From the NCBI GenBank assembly GCA_030704615.1, contig CM060733.1, forward strand, positions 68,820,001-68,884,000: a stretch of DNA of 64,000 nt, in the 5' to 3' direction. The position numbers and the translations under genes are program-made. The stretch is from Takakia lepidozioides. Its lineage: Eukaryota; Plantae; Bryophyta. The notes beneath the pieces were generated by a model. That model worked only from the letters and a program-made list of their open reading frames with translations, was not told where the DNA came from and ran no database searches. Positions 44,705-57,590 of this stretch are shown one piece after another. Each line of letters begins with the position of its first letter. The first letter of the stretch is position 1.

Positions 44705-47700
44705 GTGGTATCATCGACTGCTGCAACTCATCGCATGTTTGAACCGCCCACCTTGGAGCGAGAGGGCAAACTTCAACCTTTTGTTGGTGGACGGGAGGAC
44801 CTGCAGCGAGAGTACGACAGAATAGGCATTGGGGAGGTTGGTGCAGGCCTCATGGCAGGTGTGAGAACAGTAGATCCGGCAATGGAGGTTGTTGATGCAG
44901 AAGCAGTAGGGCCCGTCCAAGCAAAGAAGAAGAAGAAAGCCAAGCACGTGCAATCCCCGGCGCGAGAGCCGTCACGGGCTGCGGAGGAGGGAGTTCGCAG
45001 TGCGCGCGAGGGTGTCAGTTCGCCTACCTCAAAGGTGGTCGTCCATCCGGGCTCCCCTACTGCTAGCCCTAATAAGAAACAGAAAGCCCGTGAGAGGGCA
45101 AAAGAGAGGGCAAAAGAACAGGCAAGACACAAGGCTAGCCAGGAGGTAAGAGAAAAGGCCACTGAAGAGGCCAGGGGTTCCGAACTGACAGATTCCCATG
45201 TAAATGAGGGACGCACAGAGACGGTGGATCCCTCCAAGACACCACAAAAAGGCAGCAACACACCGGTTAGACCATCGCGCCCTGCAATTACCCATACGGT
45301 GGAGAGTGGAGGAGAGGAAAGAACACCAGAAAGAGCACGGATTGTGCAAGTTCGAGGTGAAGCCAGGGAGAGGGCAGTAGAGACGGGGAGAGTGCTGGAG
45401 GTGGTTTTGCAGGTGGCTGACCCTGTTGAGGAGGACGACAGGGAGCTTTCTGACCAGGATGACATCCTCCCGGACATCCCCAGGCCCCAAACCCGGAGCA
45501 TACAGGCTGGATTTGGCGGTCCTGTGGGGCTGCCGGAAAACCCCTCTGCAGCAGACGTCATGTCGGAGGCGGATATGAAGTTGGCCGCTGCCAAGATGTT
45601 GGAGGCAACCCACAGCAACATTGTCAGGGTGTACCCGGCCAAGCTTCGAATTCCCCTTTGCCGCTTGGTGTCATTGCAGGTGGTGAGACCTGCCCTCCCA
45701 GGCGATATCGACAAGCTGAAATTCTCTTTCCGGGATGATATCGAATGGGGTCTGCCGCGTTTTACGTTTCCATTGAGAACGACCACGGAGCTTCCCGTGC
45801 CCACACTTCCGATGAGGTGGACAAATGGGGTCCCCATTGGCAAATGCGAAATGAGGAGTTCGAGAGATCGATTGCTAGTGATCCTCTTTTCCAGCACTTG
45901 TCCGGTAAGATGTTCTACTACGTGTGGGACGGCAATCATCGCCTCCTGGCATGGATGGAGCACATTGCCCAAAGCCCACCCCAACGACCTCGATTGGCAT
46001 TTCGCCGTGGAGTGTGTTGTGCTGAAGGTTGCGGGGCCCAAAGATCGCAGTCTTCTCAAGCTGCAATGGCGGACATCAACTCGTAAGTTACAACGCCTCT
46101 CGCTTTTGGACTTTGAATTTGGAAGTCATTTCATTGCGAAATCCTCATATATGATGAAAATTCCCATTTCAGTATTGTTTGATGGAAATGTGGCACTGCA
46201 GGGTGACTGAGAATGCCTTCATTTGCCACCAACTTGTCCATATGCTCTTCTCTGAGTGAAGGCTGTCGGAAGCAGGGGTGCAAGAGTTTGCCAATTCCTC
46301 AGTGCCGACCTCTCTGCGCAGTCGGAGGCAAGGCAGACAGAACCTGGTATAGGGCTGAGCGTCGACGCGCATTTCGGGTAAAGCTCCTGACATTTTGTTG
46401 AGCTAATCTGTCTCTCCTCCCCCAATAGAAGAAAAGGTCTTTCACCGTGATTTCTAATCTCCTCCCCCAATAGAAGAAATTGTGTTGAGCAGGATCTCTA
46501 ATCTTATGTGCGCATTCTTGACAGACGAAAATACAACAGGATTGGGCACATGCGCGGAGGTTCTACATGGGAGTCAGAGGAGAAAGAATCCAAACCTCCC
46601 GGCACTCGAATCGTATGTCAAAGCTGCGGAGGGTGAGGGCCCGCATAAAGTACAAGTCGCGGATGGTAAAGTACGTGGCCATAGCTGATCCCGGCCCGTG
46701 GTGCCGACTTTTCTGTGGAGGTGGGGAAGCACTACTCTCCTGCGCTCTGAAGCCCACGAGACATTGGAGAAGCTCCATCGTCTAGCCACATCCTGTGTGG
46801 ATGCAACAAAAAAGTGATACATTCTTAACCAAATTGTGGTGGGCAACAACTCCTTTTTGTGGTGTTTTGGCGCTTACGAATATGCTGGGTGGTTGGCAGA
46901 CCCGGTGGCTCCAATCTGGAATGGTTCCCAAAGTACCAGGGACATGTAGAGCTTCCCCAAACCGGACAAACTCTTTGACCCCACATTCGACATGTGGATG
47001 AACCGCATGACATGGTGGTTTCAGGTACTTCCCCACGCTTCGTTGGGGCTTCTACTCTAGTAGGGGGTGGATTCATTGTATTTTTCAGGAAAGCGATCTG
47101 ATGGAGAATCTCCACAGGTGAACGACGAATGTGCAAGAGCAGCTAGACACACAAGCACATCAGTTCAAGATGNNNNNNNNNNNNNNNNNNNNNNNNNNNN
47201 NNNNNNNNNNNNNNNNNNNNNNNNNNNNNNNNNNNNNNNNNNNNNNNNNNNNNNNNNNNNNNNNNNNNNNNNNNNNNNNNNNNNNNNNNNNNNNNNNNNN
47301 NNNNNNNNNNNNNNNNNNNNNNNNNNNNNNNNNNNNNNNNNNNNNNNNNNNNNNNNNNNNNNNNNNNNNNNNNNNNNNNNNNNNNNNNNNNNNNNNNNNN
47401 NNNNNNNNNNNNNNNNNNNNNNNNNNNNNNNNNNNNNNNNNNNNNNNNNNNNNNNNNNNNNNNNNNNNNNNNNNNNNNNNNNNNNNNNNNNNNNNNNNNN
47501 NNNNNNNNNNNNNNNNNNNNNNNNNNNNNNNNNNNNNNNNNNNNNNNNNNNNNNNNNNNNNNNNNNNNNNNNNNNNNNNNNNNNNNNNNNNNNNNNNNNN
47601 NNNNNNNNNNNNNNNNNNNNNNNNNNNNNNNNNNNNNNNNNNNNNNNNNNNNNNNNNNNNNNNNNNNNNNNNATCCCTTCTTTGTTGGATGTGCAACATT

Positions 47701-48838
47701 GGTGTTTGAGGCATATTGCTTTGTGAAGATAGGGTCTAACGTTCAAATTCCGCAACGACGGTCGTCTTGTTGATGCCGCTGTGGACCCTGTACCTACGAT
47801 GTCCTCTACAACTATGTGCCCCACTCTAGTATGCCGAAGGACACAAAGAAGGCAAACCGTGGCGGTAACAGCACACCGGACCCTGAGCCCTGCTTTCATC
47901 CAAACCCTCATGGAGACGTGCTCGATGTCCAAGGGTGGATTCTGGACCTCCATGCGGCACGGGTAAGCCCTTCACGTGCTCAGTTTGTCCCCTGCCCGAT
48001 TGCATTGCATGCCGCAAAGCTATTAACCGCCCGCTTTGTTCCTTAGGTGCTTCAATGTGGGCAGGGACATTGTCCGACAGACATGTGTTCGCCTTTGAGC
48101 CAGATACTGCCCTCCACAACTCGGAACTTGCAGCGGCTGAACGTCTGCCGAAAGAGGAAGAGACATCCTCGGAGGATGAGGAAAAATCCGAGAAGGAGCA
48201 GGGGAGGAATGTTGGGATCGAGGCCGAGGAGCCCCCCGTTTACGAGTGAGTGGTCGCATTGTAAGTTGCTTTCTAGATTTTCGTGAGGCACCTCCCTCCG
48301 CTCTCTTATTTTCCATTGAAAACCCTTTCTGGTTGTGCTGGTATTGACAATTCTTGAAGTGGATTGTTCTTACTGTAGGATGCCAAGTACTACCGGAGGG
48401 ACGTCTACACCGGAGTTCATGGCAGGAGGAACGTGCCTTTTTTTGCCAGGGGGGGATTTCATGCCTAGTCCAGAAGGGAGTACAATCCTTCCTACTTATG
48501 CTGCCCGGCTTGCTTCGGTGTCCATTAGGAGGTGTTCCGAACCTAGTCGTGTACAGCAGATTTTAGACGAGGCAAGCCTCAAGAAAATGAAGATGAGGGA
48601 GGAGGCAGCAGCTATTAGAGCCCGTTCGGGCTCGTAGATTTGTTTTGGATTCTGCTGAGGAAAGTGGGGAGAAGACGCAGAAGATTCCCAGGAGGTGAGG
48701 TGGACAGTCCCCCAAGGAGAGGACGGATTTTTGAGAGGCATAAGTGGAACTGATGCATCACAGAGCTCGGAGGATGAGGGGGATGAGGGGGATGAGGAAG
48801 AAGGTGGGGCAAGTTCCTCGAAGGGTGTAGGAGAGTAG
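44705..48838 (+). pseudogene. Family-B ParB/Srx-like plus N4/N6-MTase-like fusion gene (frameshifted, spans the assembly gap)
   Basis: LRIPLCRLVSL.VVR.ALPGDIDKLKF, VWDGNHRLLAW (45928-45942), SPAFIQTLMETC, GASMWAG..SDRH.FAFE.D, and terminal exon DFM.SP..LPTYAARLA..IRRC / EVRWTVPQGEDG. The introns I checked match family-A positions. Confidence 0.8.
47173..47672. other. Assembly gap (500 N)
   Basis: Run of N. It hides the region expected to contain MTase motif IV of the family-B copy. Confidence 1.
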
Positions 48839-50104
48839 TGCCCACTCCAGCTATGACAGTTAGAACACACTTGTATAGACGTGGCTTGCCACAAAATTTG
48901 CAATAAAATGTTGCATTTCAAGTCCACTAGTGCCACATTCCAACTTCACATGACCCTATTTCCGTGCCTCCTAACCTATTTCCGTGGGACTCACAATGGT
49001 CTGCTCATGTTTTTTTTTTTTTTCGCTCATGCTCATGCCGCGCTGAAAATAGCAGCCCCCGAAGTGGTCAGGTCTTTCGTAGATGGCACTGAGCTTCATA
49101 GACAAAATCCATGGGCTCGAGGGTGATCTTCTAACTCGCACAACAAAACGGAAGATTGTTCTCGGCAACTTACATGAAAATAAACTCGTTCACTCCTGGA
49201 GGTCTGACTTAAATCTCCGAACGACACCAAGGCGTCGTGAAGGTGCTGGTGGACCAAGAGTGCACATAGCACGAACTTCTAACACATCACGGGTGAAGTG
49301 CTGGGCAGTGCGCTGTGAATGTGGGAAGCCATGCAAATAGGAAATCAGGCCACTCTAGAGTTTGGGTGTTCCGGCTCCGAGGTTTGTTGGTCGGCACCAC
49401 CCTCTTGCCTTGGTGAAGCCGAAGATGATGGAGATTTGGCACTACCCAACAGACATCGTCTACTGTGTCGGTGGCGATTCTAGCGAGTATGTGCTGGACA
49501 AACTTGATATTCTGGACGTTTGGCCTGTGATGGTTGGGACAAACCTAAGTCAGGCAGAGGTTGACTCTTTCACAAAAGCAGGCTTTCGACTTGTTCCCCC
49601 AGATGACGTGGGTAATTCCCAAGGTGAATGGGACTGTGTTGCGGAAGATATCAATAATATGGATCCGGACTCGTACGCAACGAAAAGGTGGCAGAGTATA
49701 CCGGCGGAAGAAACGGTCAGCAATCGCTCGTAAGAAGATGGAGTTAGCTCAGTCTTTGCAGACCACGGTGCAATCATTCAAGGATGTTCCACGCCCGGGA
49801 ATTGGACGTGTGTACACACTGTGCACACCGGGATCAACAAAAGCAGGGGAGGTGTACAATGTTTGCATTTCTAGAAGTCCGGAGTGCACATGCCCTGATT
49901 TTGACAAAATGAAGAAATCAAAAGGACCCTACACCCACTGCAAGCACTTATACTATATTATGCTGCGACGTTTGAAGATGCGGGAAGACCCGGAGGTCAT
50001 CGATCACGCAACTCTGACAGTATCTGAAGTCAGGGGTATATTAGTTCGTGATCCCTGTTCTTGGGTCCTATAGAGCCGCATTGGATATCCTGCATGTTTG
50101 GAAT

Positions 50105-50962
50105 CCTTGTAGTCTGTTCCGACTACAAAGTGCATGACAACTTGGATTATCTTGTGAACTCCAACTCTTTCCACGGATAAGGTTTTTTTTTAACAGGTTT
50201 GGAAACATGGACATGCTTGGAATATTCATAGTCTGTGCCGACTACAAAGCGTATGACGATTTGGATGAATTAGTTAACTCCAACTCTTTGCTTAGATGGG
50301 CTCATATTTCAACTACCACTTTTTTGCAATCAAATATGAGTCCATATCCATCTTCTTTCACTTAATTCTTGTAGTCTGTGCCTACTACAAAGTGTAAGAC
50401 CATTTGGATAAATTAGTTAACTCCAACTCTTTGCTCAAATTAGCCCATTTTTCAACTACCATTTTTTTGCAATCAAATATGACTCCATATCCATCTTCTT
50501 TCACTTAATTCCTATAGTATGTGCCGACTACAAATTGTATGACCATTTGGGTAAATTAGTTAACTCCAACTCTTTGCTCAGATGAGCTCATTTTTCAACT
50601 ACCATTTTTTTGCAATCAAATGTGAGTCCATATCCATCTTCTTTCACTTAATTCTTGTAGTCTGTGCCGACTACAAAGTGTATAACCATTTGGATAAATT
50701 AGTTAACTCCAACTCTTTGCTCAGATGAGCCCATTTTTCAATTTCCACTTTTTTGCAATCAAATATGACTCCATATCCATATTCTTTCACTTAATTCTTG
50801 TAGTCTGTGCCGACTATAAAGTGTATGACCATTTGGATAAATTAGTTAACTCCAACTCTTTGCTCAGATGAGCTCATTTTTCAACTACCACTTTTTTGCA
50901 ATCAAATATGAGTCAATATCCATCTTCTTTCACTTAATTCTTGTAGTTTGTGCCGACTACAA
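50105..50962. repeat. About 143-bp tandem repeat carrying the family-C palindrome variant TGTAGTCTGTGCCGACTACA
   Basis: Units near 50109, 50228, 50370, 50513, 50656, 50799 and 50942. Confidence 0.9.
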
Positions 50963-51378
50963 GACATGGGTGTCCCGGATTTACAATCTTGCCAACAACA
51001 TTTCCTAACACACATATTATTCATAAACCGAAATTTGTTGCTGACATGGCCAAAACAACGTGCACCAAAATAACTGTCATGGTGATCAATATTCCCATGG
51101 GTTCAAATCCTAATAATGAATTCTATTTTAAGACACATTCCTTCAATATGTATTGCTCATTTAACACAAGAATTAAAATAGAAATTGAGTTCCATTCTTC
51201 AATATCAATTCTGAAACATGTTAACAATAGTAAAATGCCTAAAGTACAAAACGTCAAAGAGGTACCATTTTTTTTTATTCTTGATAGTCGTTGCCGACCT
51301 CAATGATCATAGCCTCCTTTATCCACTTCTATGTCATGACGTACATATAAGTTTTCTTTCTGCAGTGACTACAATGTC

Positions 51379-51903
51379 TCAAATCCTATTGCGGCAAACA
51401 GGGCATGACCCGTTTCGAAGCAGCCACCCTTCAATGCAGATAGAGTGAAAAGAATGGCCGCACTCACTGAGAATACGGACTGACTCGCCCTGTACTGGAC
51501 AGTCTTGGCAAACAGTGCATCGTTCGTTTGTTGCTGGACATGTTTCTCCTGCGATAACAAACTCCAATGAATGCATTTCAATGATTTCCATGCTTGCCCC
51601 TGTCCATCGCAAATCATCCTCTGCATGTACCTCCATCTCCTCACATTCCCCATCAATGTCCATGTGCTCATCTTCATCCTCGTCGTCGTCGTCGTCAGAA
51701 TCCGCACTGGAGTCCCCTGCTGAAAGGCCGTTCCCATTGACAGACTGCTGAACCACCATTGCCTCATCATTTTCGTGCTTGGCAAGGCACTCGGCGATAT
51801 CGTCCATAAAGGGAGCCCACCATGAAGTCGATGCAAGCCCGTCCTCCCCATTTCCACTGACACCACTACTGCTTGCGCCTGCATTGAAAGAGCTCGCGTC
51901 CAT
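51379..51903 (-). CDS. RING-H2 (ATL-like) zinc-finger protein with acidic tract, Mutator-C cargo
   Basis: CTVC..VRILSECGHSFHSICIEGWL..SCPVCR in an intact 174-aa ORF. Confidence 0.85.
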   Translation of the reverse strand: MDASSFNAGASSSGVSGNGEDGLASTSWWAPFMDDIAECLAKHENDEAMVVQQSVNGNGLSAGDSSADSDDDDDEDEDEHMDIDGECEEMEVHAEDDLRWTGASMEIIEMHSLEFVIAGETCPATNERCTVCQDCPVQGESVRILSECGHSFHSICIEGWLLRNGSCPVCRNRI

Positions 51904-54849
51904 CTTATCTAAGAATGGACTATCCTAAAACACAACTGATTGGAATAGAAAGTGATCCCAAACAGTGTGCTTGTAGTCGTTGCAGACTACAAGTGACAGC
52001 CAGCCGAAAGCGCTGCTGTCTTTGACAAAAGGAAGTAGGTGTTGAACAACAACCCTTCTGTTGAAAGAGGAAGTGGCAGAGAGCAATGTGCTTGTAGTCG
52101 GTGCAGACTACAAGTACCCATGTACGCTTAGTCGCTTTCGCTCGAGACAAAACCTGGTAGGTGTCGAACACCTGGTAGGTGTCGAACAGCATATCCTATA
52201 TTATTTTGGAGCTTTCGGTTGTTTCAAAATAAGTTTTTTAATGCCGCTGTAGATACCATTCCACCGTCCACTTCCACCTGGCCGATACTTTTTCTTTTTT
52301 ATTTGTTTTTAGCCGTTTGCACTTCCAATATCATCGTAGGACGTGCCAGAAGAATCTTTTGTCTATATTTGTAATGGATGACATCCTCTGCATGATCAGT
52401 TTCGTTCTCTTTAGGTCTCGAGTTCAACTTCCTGTGCATGCCATAAACGAGATGCCTGCATGTTACAGTGGTGATTCAGGGCTCAAATCTCATTCCCGCC
52501 ATATTTATTAATTAACAATATGCGATCTCACACATTGGAATTACCTGCTCATACTAAGTACACTTCATGGCTTCCATTAATTTTTATAGAATTTTTTTAT
52601 AGTGTACCTATTCCCACGGACTTTCTACCGTGCCCCTATTCTCGCGGGTATTTGCCCCCAGACCTCTCGGCCCAGTGTCTGTAATCGGCAACGACTACAT
52701 AGATTCGGCAACTACCGAACCTAATTTTGAGTAACCGAACCTACGGAATGTTGCACTTACTGATGGTGCACCTGCCATTTTTCAACTTCAAATGCTGTCA
52801 GAATTGCGGTTGGAAATCCAAATATGGAGGAATATTCCCTGGATATTCGGTTGCTCATGCCTAATTCTGCTCATGCTTATGCTCACCGCTCATGCAAAGT
52901 ACACACCCAATTGGGGTTTGTGCAAGTAAGGAACGATGGCAGGCTAGTTGGATGAAATCGTGATTTATCATTGGAATTAACAGGATGAAATTGACAAATT
53001 TTCATCAGCGGATGGACGGTGGGAAAATCGGATGACAAGCAAGGATGAGATCACTGATTGGCATTAGTGGATGGATGACGAGCTAGCATGATGACAGGGC
53101 GATGAAAGCACCAATGAAAAAGTTGATTCTTCATCACATGGGGATGATACTGCAGAAATAAGATAAAGGACTCAGCGGTGATTTAGTGAGTAGAGTGGCC
53201 ACAATAATATTAGCTAGGTGGCACTAAGATAAAGGGTGGATAGAAGGAGGTACACGTCGCCTTAAGATATATTTAGCAACAATCAGGCCTGTGACACAGA
53301 GGGGAATAATACCCGGTGGCCACTAAGTCTTCAAGCCTAAGGTTGCAGCTGGTTAAGTTTTGGGGTCTAGTTATTAAATGATCACGTGGAGTGGCGGCGT
53401 AGATAAGACCAAGTCTATGATCAGGCCAGGTATAAGACAAGTGGTTGCGTATAATCATCTCTCTCAGATTTTTGGTACTAGCTTACGTTTCTTCTTGAAG
53501 TAAAGCATGGAGATTATTATCATTCTGAAGTGAGCACGAGAATCAGCTTGGTGTGAAGTAGAATGTATCCACTAACATAGAGGCGGTGTTATGATGATTA
53601 GCTAAAGTGTTTTGTGAGGACTAACTCTCATGCATCGAAGCATCTAATTTGCATTTATATAAAGAGAGGCTGCAGGCTTAGCTAGCATGCATGATACGAT
53701 TGTGTACTAAGAATAGTGAACTGATACCAGTATGTAGTAGGGTAGTTTCTCCATGCACTTCTCTGCAAAGCCAAGTTAGACATACGTGTTAATACTGAAG
53801 CAAGGCATGAACACTAGAGGGTCGGAAGTAAGCATCACGGCAGGCCTCCGTACGACCGGTGAATGGTGCAAACACAGATATGAAAACGAATGAAGTGACA
53901 AGCTCAAGGGCATTTGGTCACCCTCCAGGGATGATAATAAAAGAAGACAAACAATGTGTCTAGACAAATCTCAATGACGAATCTCCGTTTGTGCCAGGTT
54001 TTTTCTTCCGCTGCAGCCTGGGATAAATGGTGTACTGACTGGATGGATTGTCACATGGGTGAAAGCATGTTAGAGGTAGGCCAAAAATACTATCACAAAT
54101 GGATTTTGTCAGATTGTGGTCTTCAAAGTACTCTAGTGCATTCTGATCTTACATTGAACTTCCTTGAAAATGACATGGGAAGAAAGATGATGTTATAAGG
54201 AAAACAGAACACTTTTCCAATCTGCAAACGGGTATGTTTTGATGGTACTTGTGAAGTATTGTGCGAGGAGGTTGTAGATGTAGCTCGCTACATCCTCGAA
54301 CTTGAAAAGCCAAAAGTACCCCTAAAACATACCAATTGCACGCTTGAATCTTTTTTCATGCATGCTTGAATACCTGCAAATAGTCTCAGAAGGAGCTGTC
54401 GAGTACCTCCTATGTATGAAAGGTCTAATGATTTTTGTATATGCAACTACTAATTTATAAAGGCCATGGATTTAAGTACCTGAGAATGTTATTATTTAAG
54501 AGTGACTCCTGAAGAAGATGTGTTCCAAACCACGGTACCTAGTGCTATGTGCAATTGAAACCTCCAAACAATCATGAAATTTTGAACTAGATTATTTTCG
54601 CCGGCAGGTTTATTTCCATTTTTTTTTAAAAATTTTCTTGTTTTTTTGTTTAATCTTGGACTGTTGGATGCGGGACTCGGACTCATGGCACGATTGTGTT
54701 TTGCCATTATTTTTATATTATCATCTACCACCACTACACTATGCCACAAAACTACTCCCAAATACCCATTATCCGCCAGTTTTGGCCTACCTCTAATGCA
54801 GATTTTCCGAGAGTGCTCTCCTGCCTTCCACTGTTGGATTTCAAAATAA

Positions 54850-55231
54850 CACAATCCTCACTCTCGCCACTAGAAAGCTCAATGCTCTATGTTTTGACGA
54901 CATGGGCACCCCTGACAGAAGCAAGCATAGGATGCTCACGAGTGGTGGACAACCTGTCTGTTGTTGCACGGACACCAAATACTTTGTAAACGACCTCACC
55001 TGTAAATTGCAGAACCCATGATTTGTTCTTGGGGTCTCGAACTGGATCCAAGATGCGTGTTTCGGTGACGCCCCCTTCACTCATATCCTCCTCCTCAACA
55101 ACAAGGGAGAGAGGGTCCAGATTAAACCTTCCGAGTATTACTTTGTCAAGAAGAAACACCTGGTCTCCTTGTGCCTTCACCTTAACGAGATCATTGTCAG
55201 GTGGACATTGCAGCCTCACGAACCGGTCCAT
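54850..55231 (-). pseudogene. Family-C-type MULE transposase N-terminus (truncated)
   Basis: VRLQCPP..ILGRFNLDP.SL..EEE..ETRIL..W...VVYKVFG aligns with the N-termini at 12210 and 41751 (CPP..LCSKFKLKPGTVYLEEE..ETIV..W..ILYRAVG). Confidence 0.6.
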
Positions 55232-55509
55232 GTTCGGCTGCCTCGAAGCTGTGCCACAGTCCTGGACTCGAAATGTACAAACTAGGGTACTATGCCAAAT
55301 GCGCCTAGCGTGTGAGCACAGAGGCAGGTGAGGAGAACCTGGTGCAAGCCTGCAAGCCATCTTTGGGACTTCCTAGCGAACTGTATGTCAACAACCGTAA
55401 AAAATATATGCAAATGGAATATTTCATCCGTCAGAGGATGGATGGGTACTGCCTCCGGACCACGACTATTTGAATGGCATGTATAGAGTCAAATAGGAGG
55501 GGGATAGTA

Positions 55510-56100
55510 TTTTTTGGTAGTCGACACCGACTTGTTGAAATTTAAGTGAATTCTGAGGTCGGGTCTACCTGCTAGCGATTCAAATTCAAGACACATCGGG
55601 ATAGTCGTTGGCGACTATTACAGTCAATGTGGAAATCGACTGACCGATCGTCCTGTGTTCGCTGCGGATGTTGATTTTTTGAACTTGTTTTCCGAAAATT
55701 TGCCCTGAAACGGGTAAGTCGGCAGCGACTATTGGTTATAACGGCAACCTTTGTCGAAAAATGCACTGTAGTCGCTACTGACTTCCTTATGTACACACAA
55801 ACATTCCCAAACACATTCTTTTGAGCCTTTATTCTGCTGGTAGTCGGCACCGACTAATATTCGTCGATATGCGTTGGGGCCTTTCATGTATTTCCCGCAT
55901 TGTGAGGGTGTAGTCGGCGCCGACTAAGATAATTCGCGTATCTCATGCAAGATTGCGAGGCATAAAGGCGCTCAAACAAGTGGAAGTCGGCCCCGACCTT
56001 ACCAAATTTTTCAAATTCGATGGTATCCAAAGAAATCAACACTCTGATCACCTTGAATGTCGTAGGACTGTATGTTCGGCGCCGACCAATGCTTCCGACA
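55510..56100. repeat. Dispersed family-C palindromes TAGTCGGYRCCGACTA between divergent genes
   Basis: Copies near 55517, 55601, 55715, 55768, 55840, 55910, 55983 and 56073. Confidence 0.75.
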
Positions 56101-56878
56101 GGCATTTTCAGAGTTGGAGGTTATGGCGTGATCACTCACATCCAACACTATCTGAAGCATATTTGTGGCTCCTTCCCAAACTTCAATGAGCCTGCAAAGG
56201 AAATCAGTCGCTAATATTGTGCTCGACTGAATGTGCGCAATACGCCTATCATATGGATGAATGTGGTATGGACGAGTTGTTGTGGCCAGGATGGATGACG
56301 TTCACCAAACCCCAACCTCGATTCGACCTAGAAGTGCGGGACGGATATTGAAATATGAAAGTGCCATGGATGACGCGCGATAAACCCCACCGTTCATTTG
56401 TCCTCCATTTTTCATCCTTATCTATAGTTGCGTAATCTAGTCCTGGCCACCTGGCTTAAACACCCTAGACTAGTTGCAGGCGGGCACGTGGTGACGACGG
56501 AAGTTGCGTAATCTGGTAGCCATCCGTTACTGCACAAGTAGGTATGGATGACGTTCATCAAGCAACATTCCACGTACATGTCTCATCCAAATCAAAGTAC
56601 GATGGATGTCGTGATTCCATGGATGAGGGATTGTATTTTTCATCCGTTCATGCAATTTCAAATTTTGCGCGGACCACGTGGTACATAGTCTGGGTACGTC
56701 GTGTAGCCGGATGCGTGGCGTCGCCGCACTTATGACATTTCGTAGGCATACATTACGGTCCGCGTAGGTTGGCTTCTCATCCCTTTCGGGGTTCTGCAGT
56801 GTATCCGGTGATCCGGATTCTACAGTGCCCGACTCTTGAGCTTCCCTTTCTATTTTCGAGCAGGGGAACGTCGTCCTC

Positions 56879-57589
56879 ATGGAGCACATTGTGGAAGAAG
56901 ACGGGGAGTTTGTGTTGCCCACGCAAACACGTATACTGCGTGGCCGGACGGTCGTCTCCCAGCAGAGCAGCGAGGGTGGTAGACCTCCAAAAAAGTTAGG
57001 GAAACTTCGGAAGAAAACCACGACATCACAGGAAGGCGGAATGGTGTCTACAGCGGCCACCCCGTCCATGGACCGCCCTCCTATCTCCCCCATTTCTGCA
57101 AGCGGTGCCTCGCCAGGTCCAGCAACGAGCGCACAGGAAGGATGACCTATCTCAAATGTTGCAAGTGTGTAGGAGACAGTGCTGGCCAACGTTGTTTTGA
57201 CTGGCGACATGCGCAAGCAAGCCCTACTGTCACTCACTACAAGTGTGATGAACCACACAATGAGCTCTATTTTGCACTTGCTGAGGAATGGGGCTCCGCC
57301 AAGAATACCATTATGCAGGATGAAGCCCCTCCCGGCTGTGCGGATGGCTGAGTGCCCTGGCATCAACAAGCTGAAGTTGTATTTTGAGGCGGACGGGTAT
57401 AACGATGCACTTGCATCGCTCTTGCTTTCTACCAACGACGACAGTGGAGAGAGCCAAGACATCCAACAGGGAGATTGACATGCATGGTCTGTACATTGGT
57501 AGGCAGCGGATGCGGCGATTTGAGGAAGAAATAAAGAACACGTGTGGAAATTTTTGTCAAACAAATGGCTGCACATCTACGACGGGAAT
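56879..57589 (+). pseudogene. Third ParB-like gene, N-terminal part, cut at the DGN(HR) motif
   Basis: RIPLCRMKPLPAVRMA..GINKLKLYF..GY and FLSNKWLHIYDGN (GACGGGAAT at 57581-57589), directly followed by a Mutator-C terminus. Confidence 0.75.
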
Positions 57590-57590
57590 T

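Larger units (their letters stand above)
40684..49060. mobile_element. Mutator-like element family B, left-truncated, inverted relative to MULE-A
   Basis: The right end AAAATAGCAGCCCCC is the reverse complement of the MULE-A left end GGGGGCTGCTATTT, with GCTCATG subterminal repeats. Same divergent transposase / palindrome array / ParB-MTase layout. Abuts a family-C transposase at 49061. Confidence 0.85.
49061..52908 (+). mobile_element. Mutator family C, transposase-distal portion (copy 1): SWIM C-terminus, repeats, RING cargo, terminus
   Basis: SWIM CTCPDF..HCKHLYY at 49880-49960 is homologous to MULE-A. End GCTCATGCAAAGTACACACCC with GCTCATG repeats. Inverted homolog at 57591-60915. Confidence 0.8.

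Noticed and set aside
47067-47953. Long ORFs spanning X runs
   Set aside because: Artefacts of the 500-N gap.
53151-53767. Possible solo LTR (TGCAGA...TCTGCA, with a PBS-like TGATACCA near 53722)
   Set aside because: No matching TSD and boundaries cannot be fixed.
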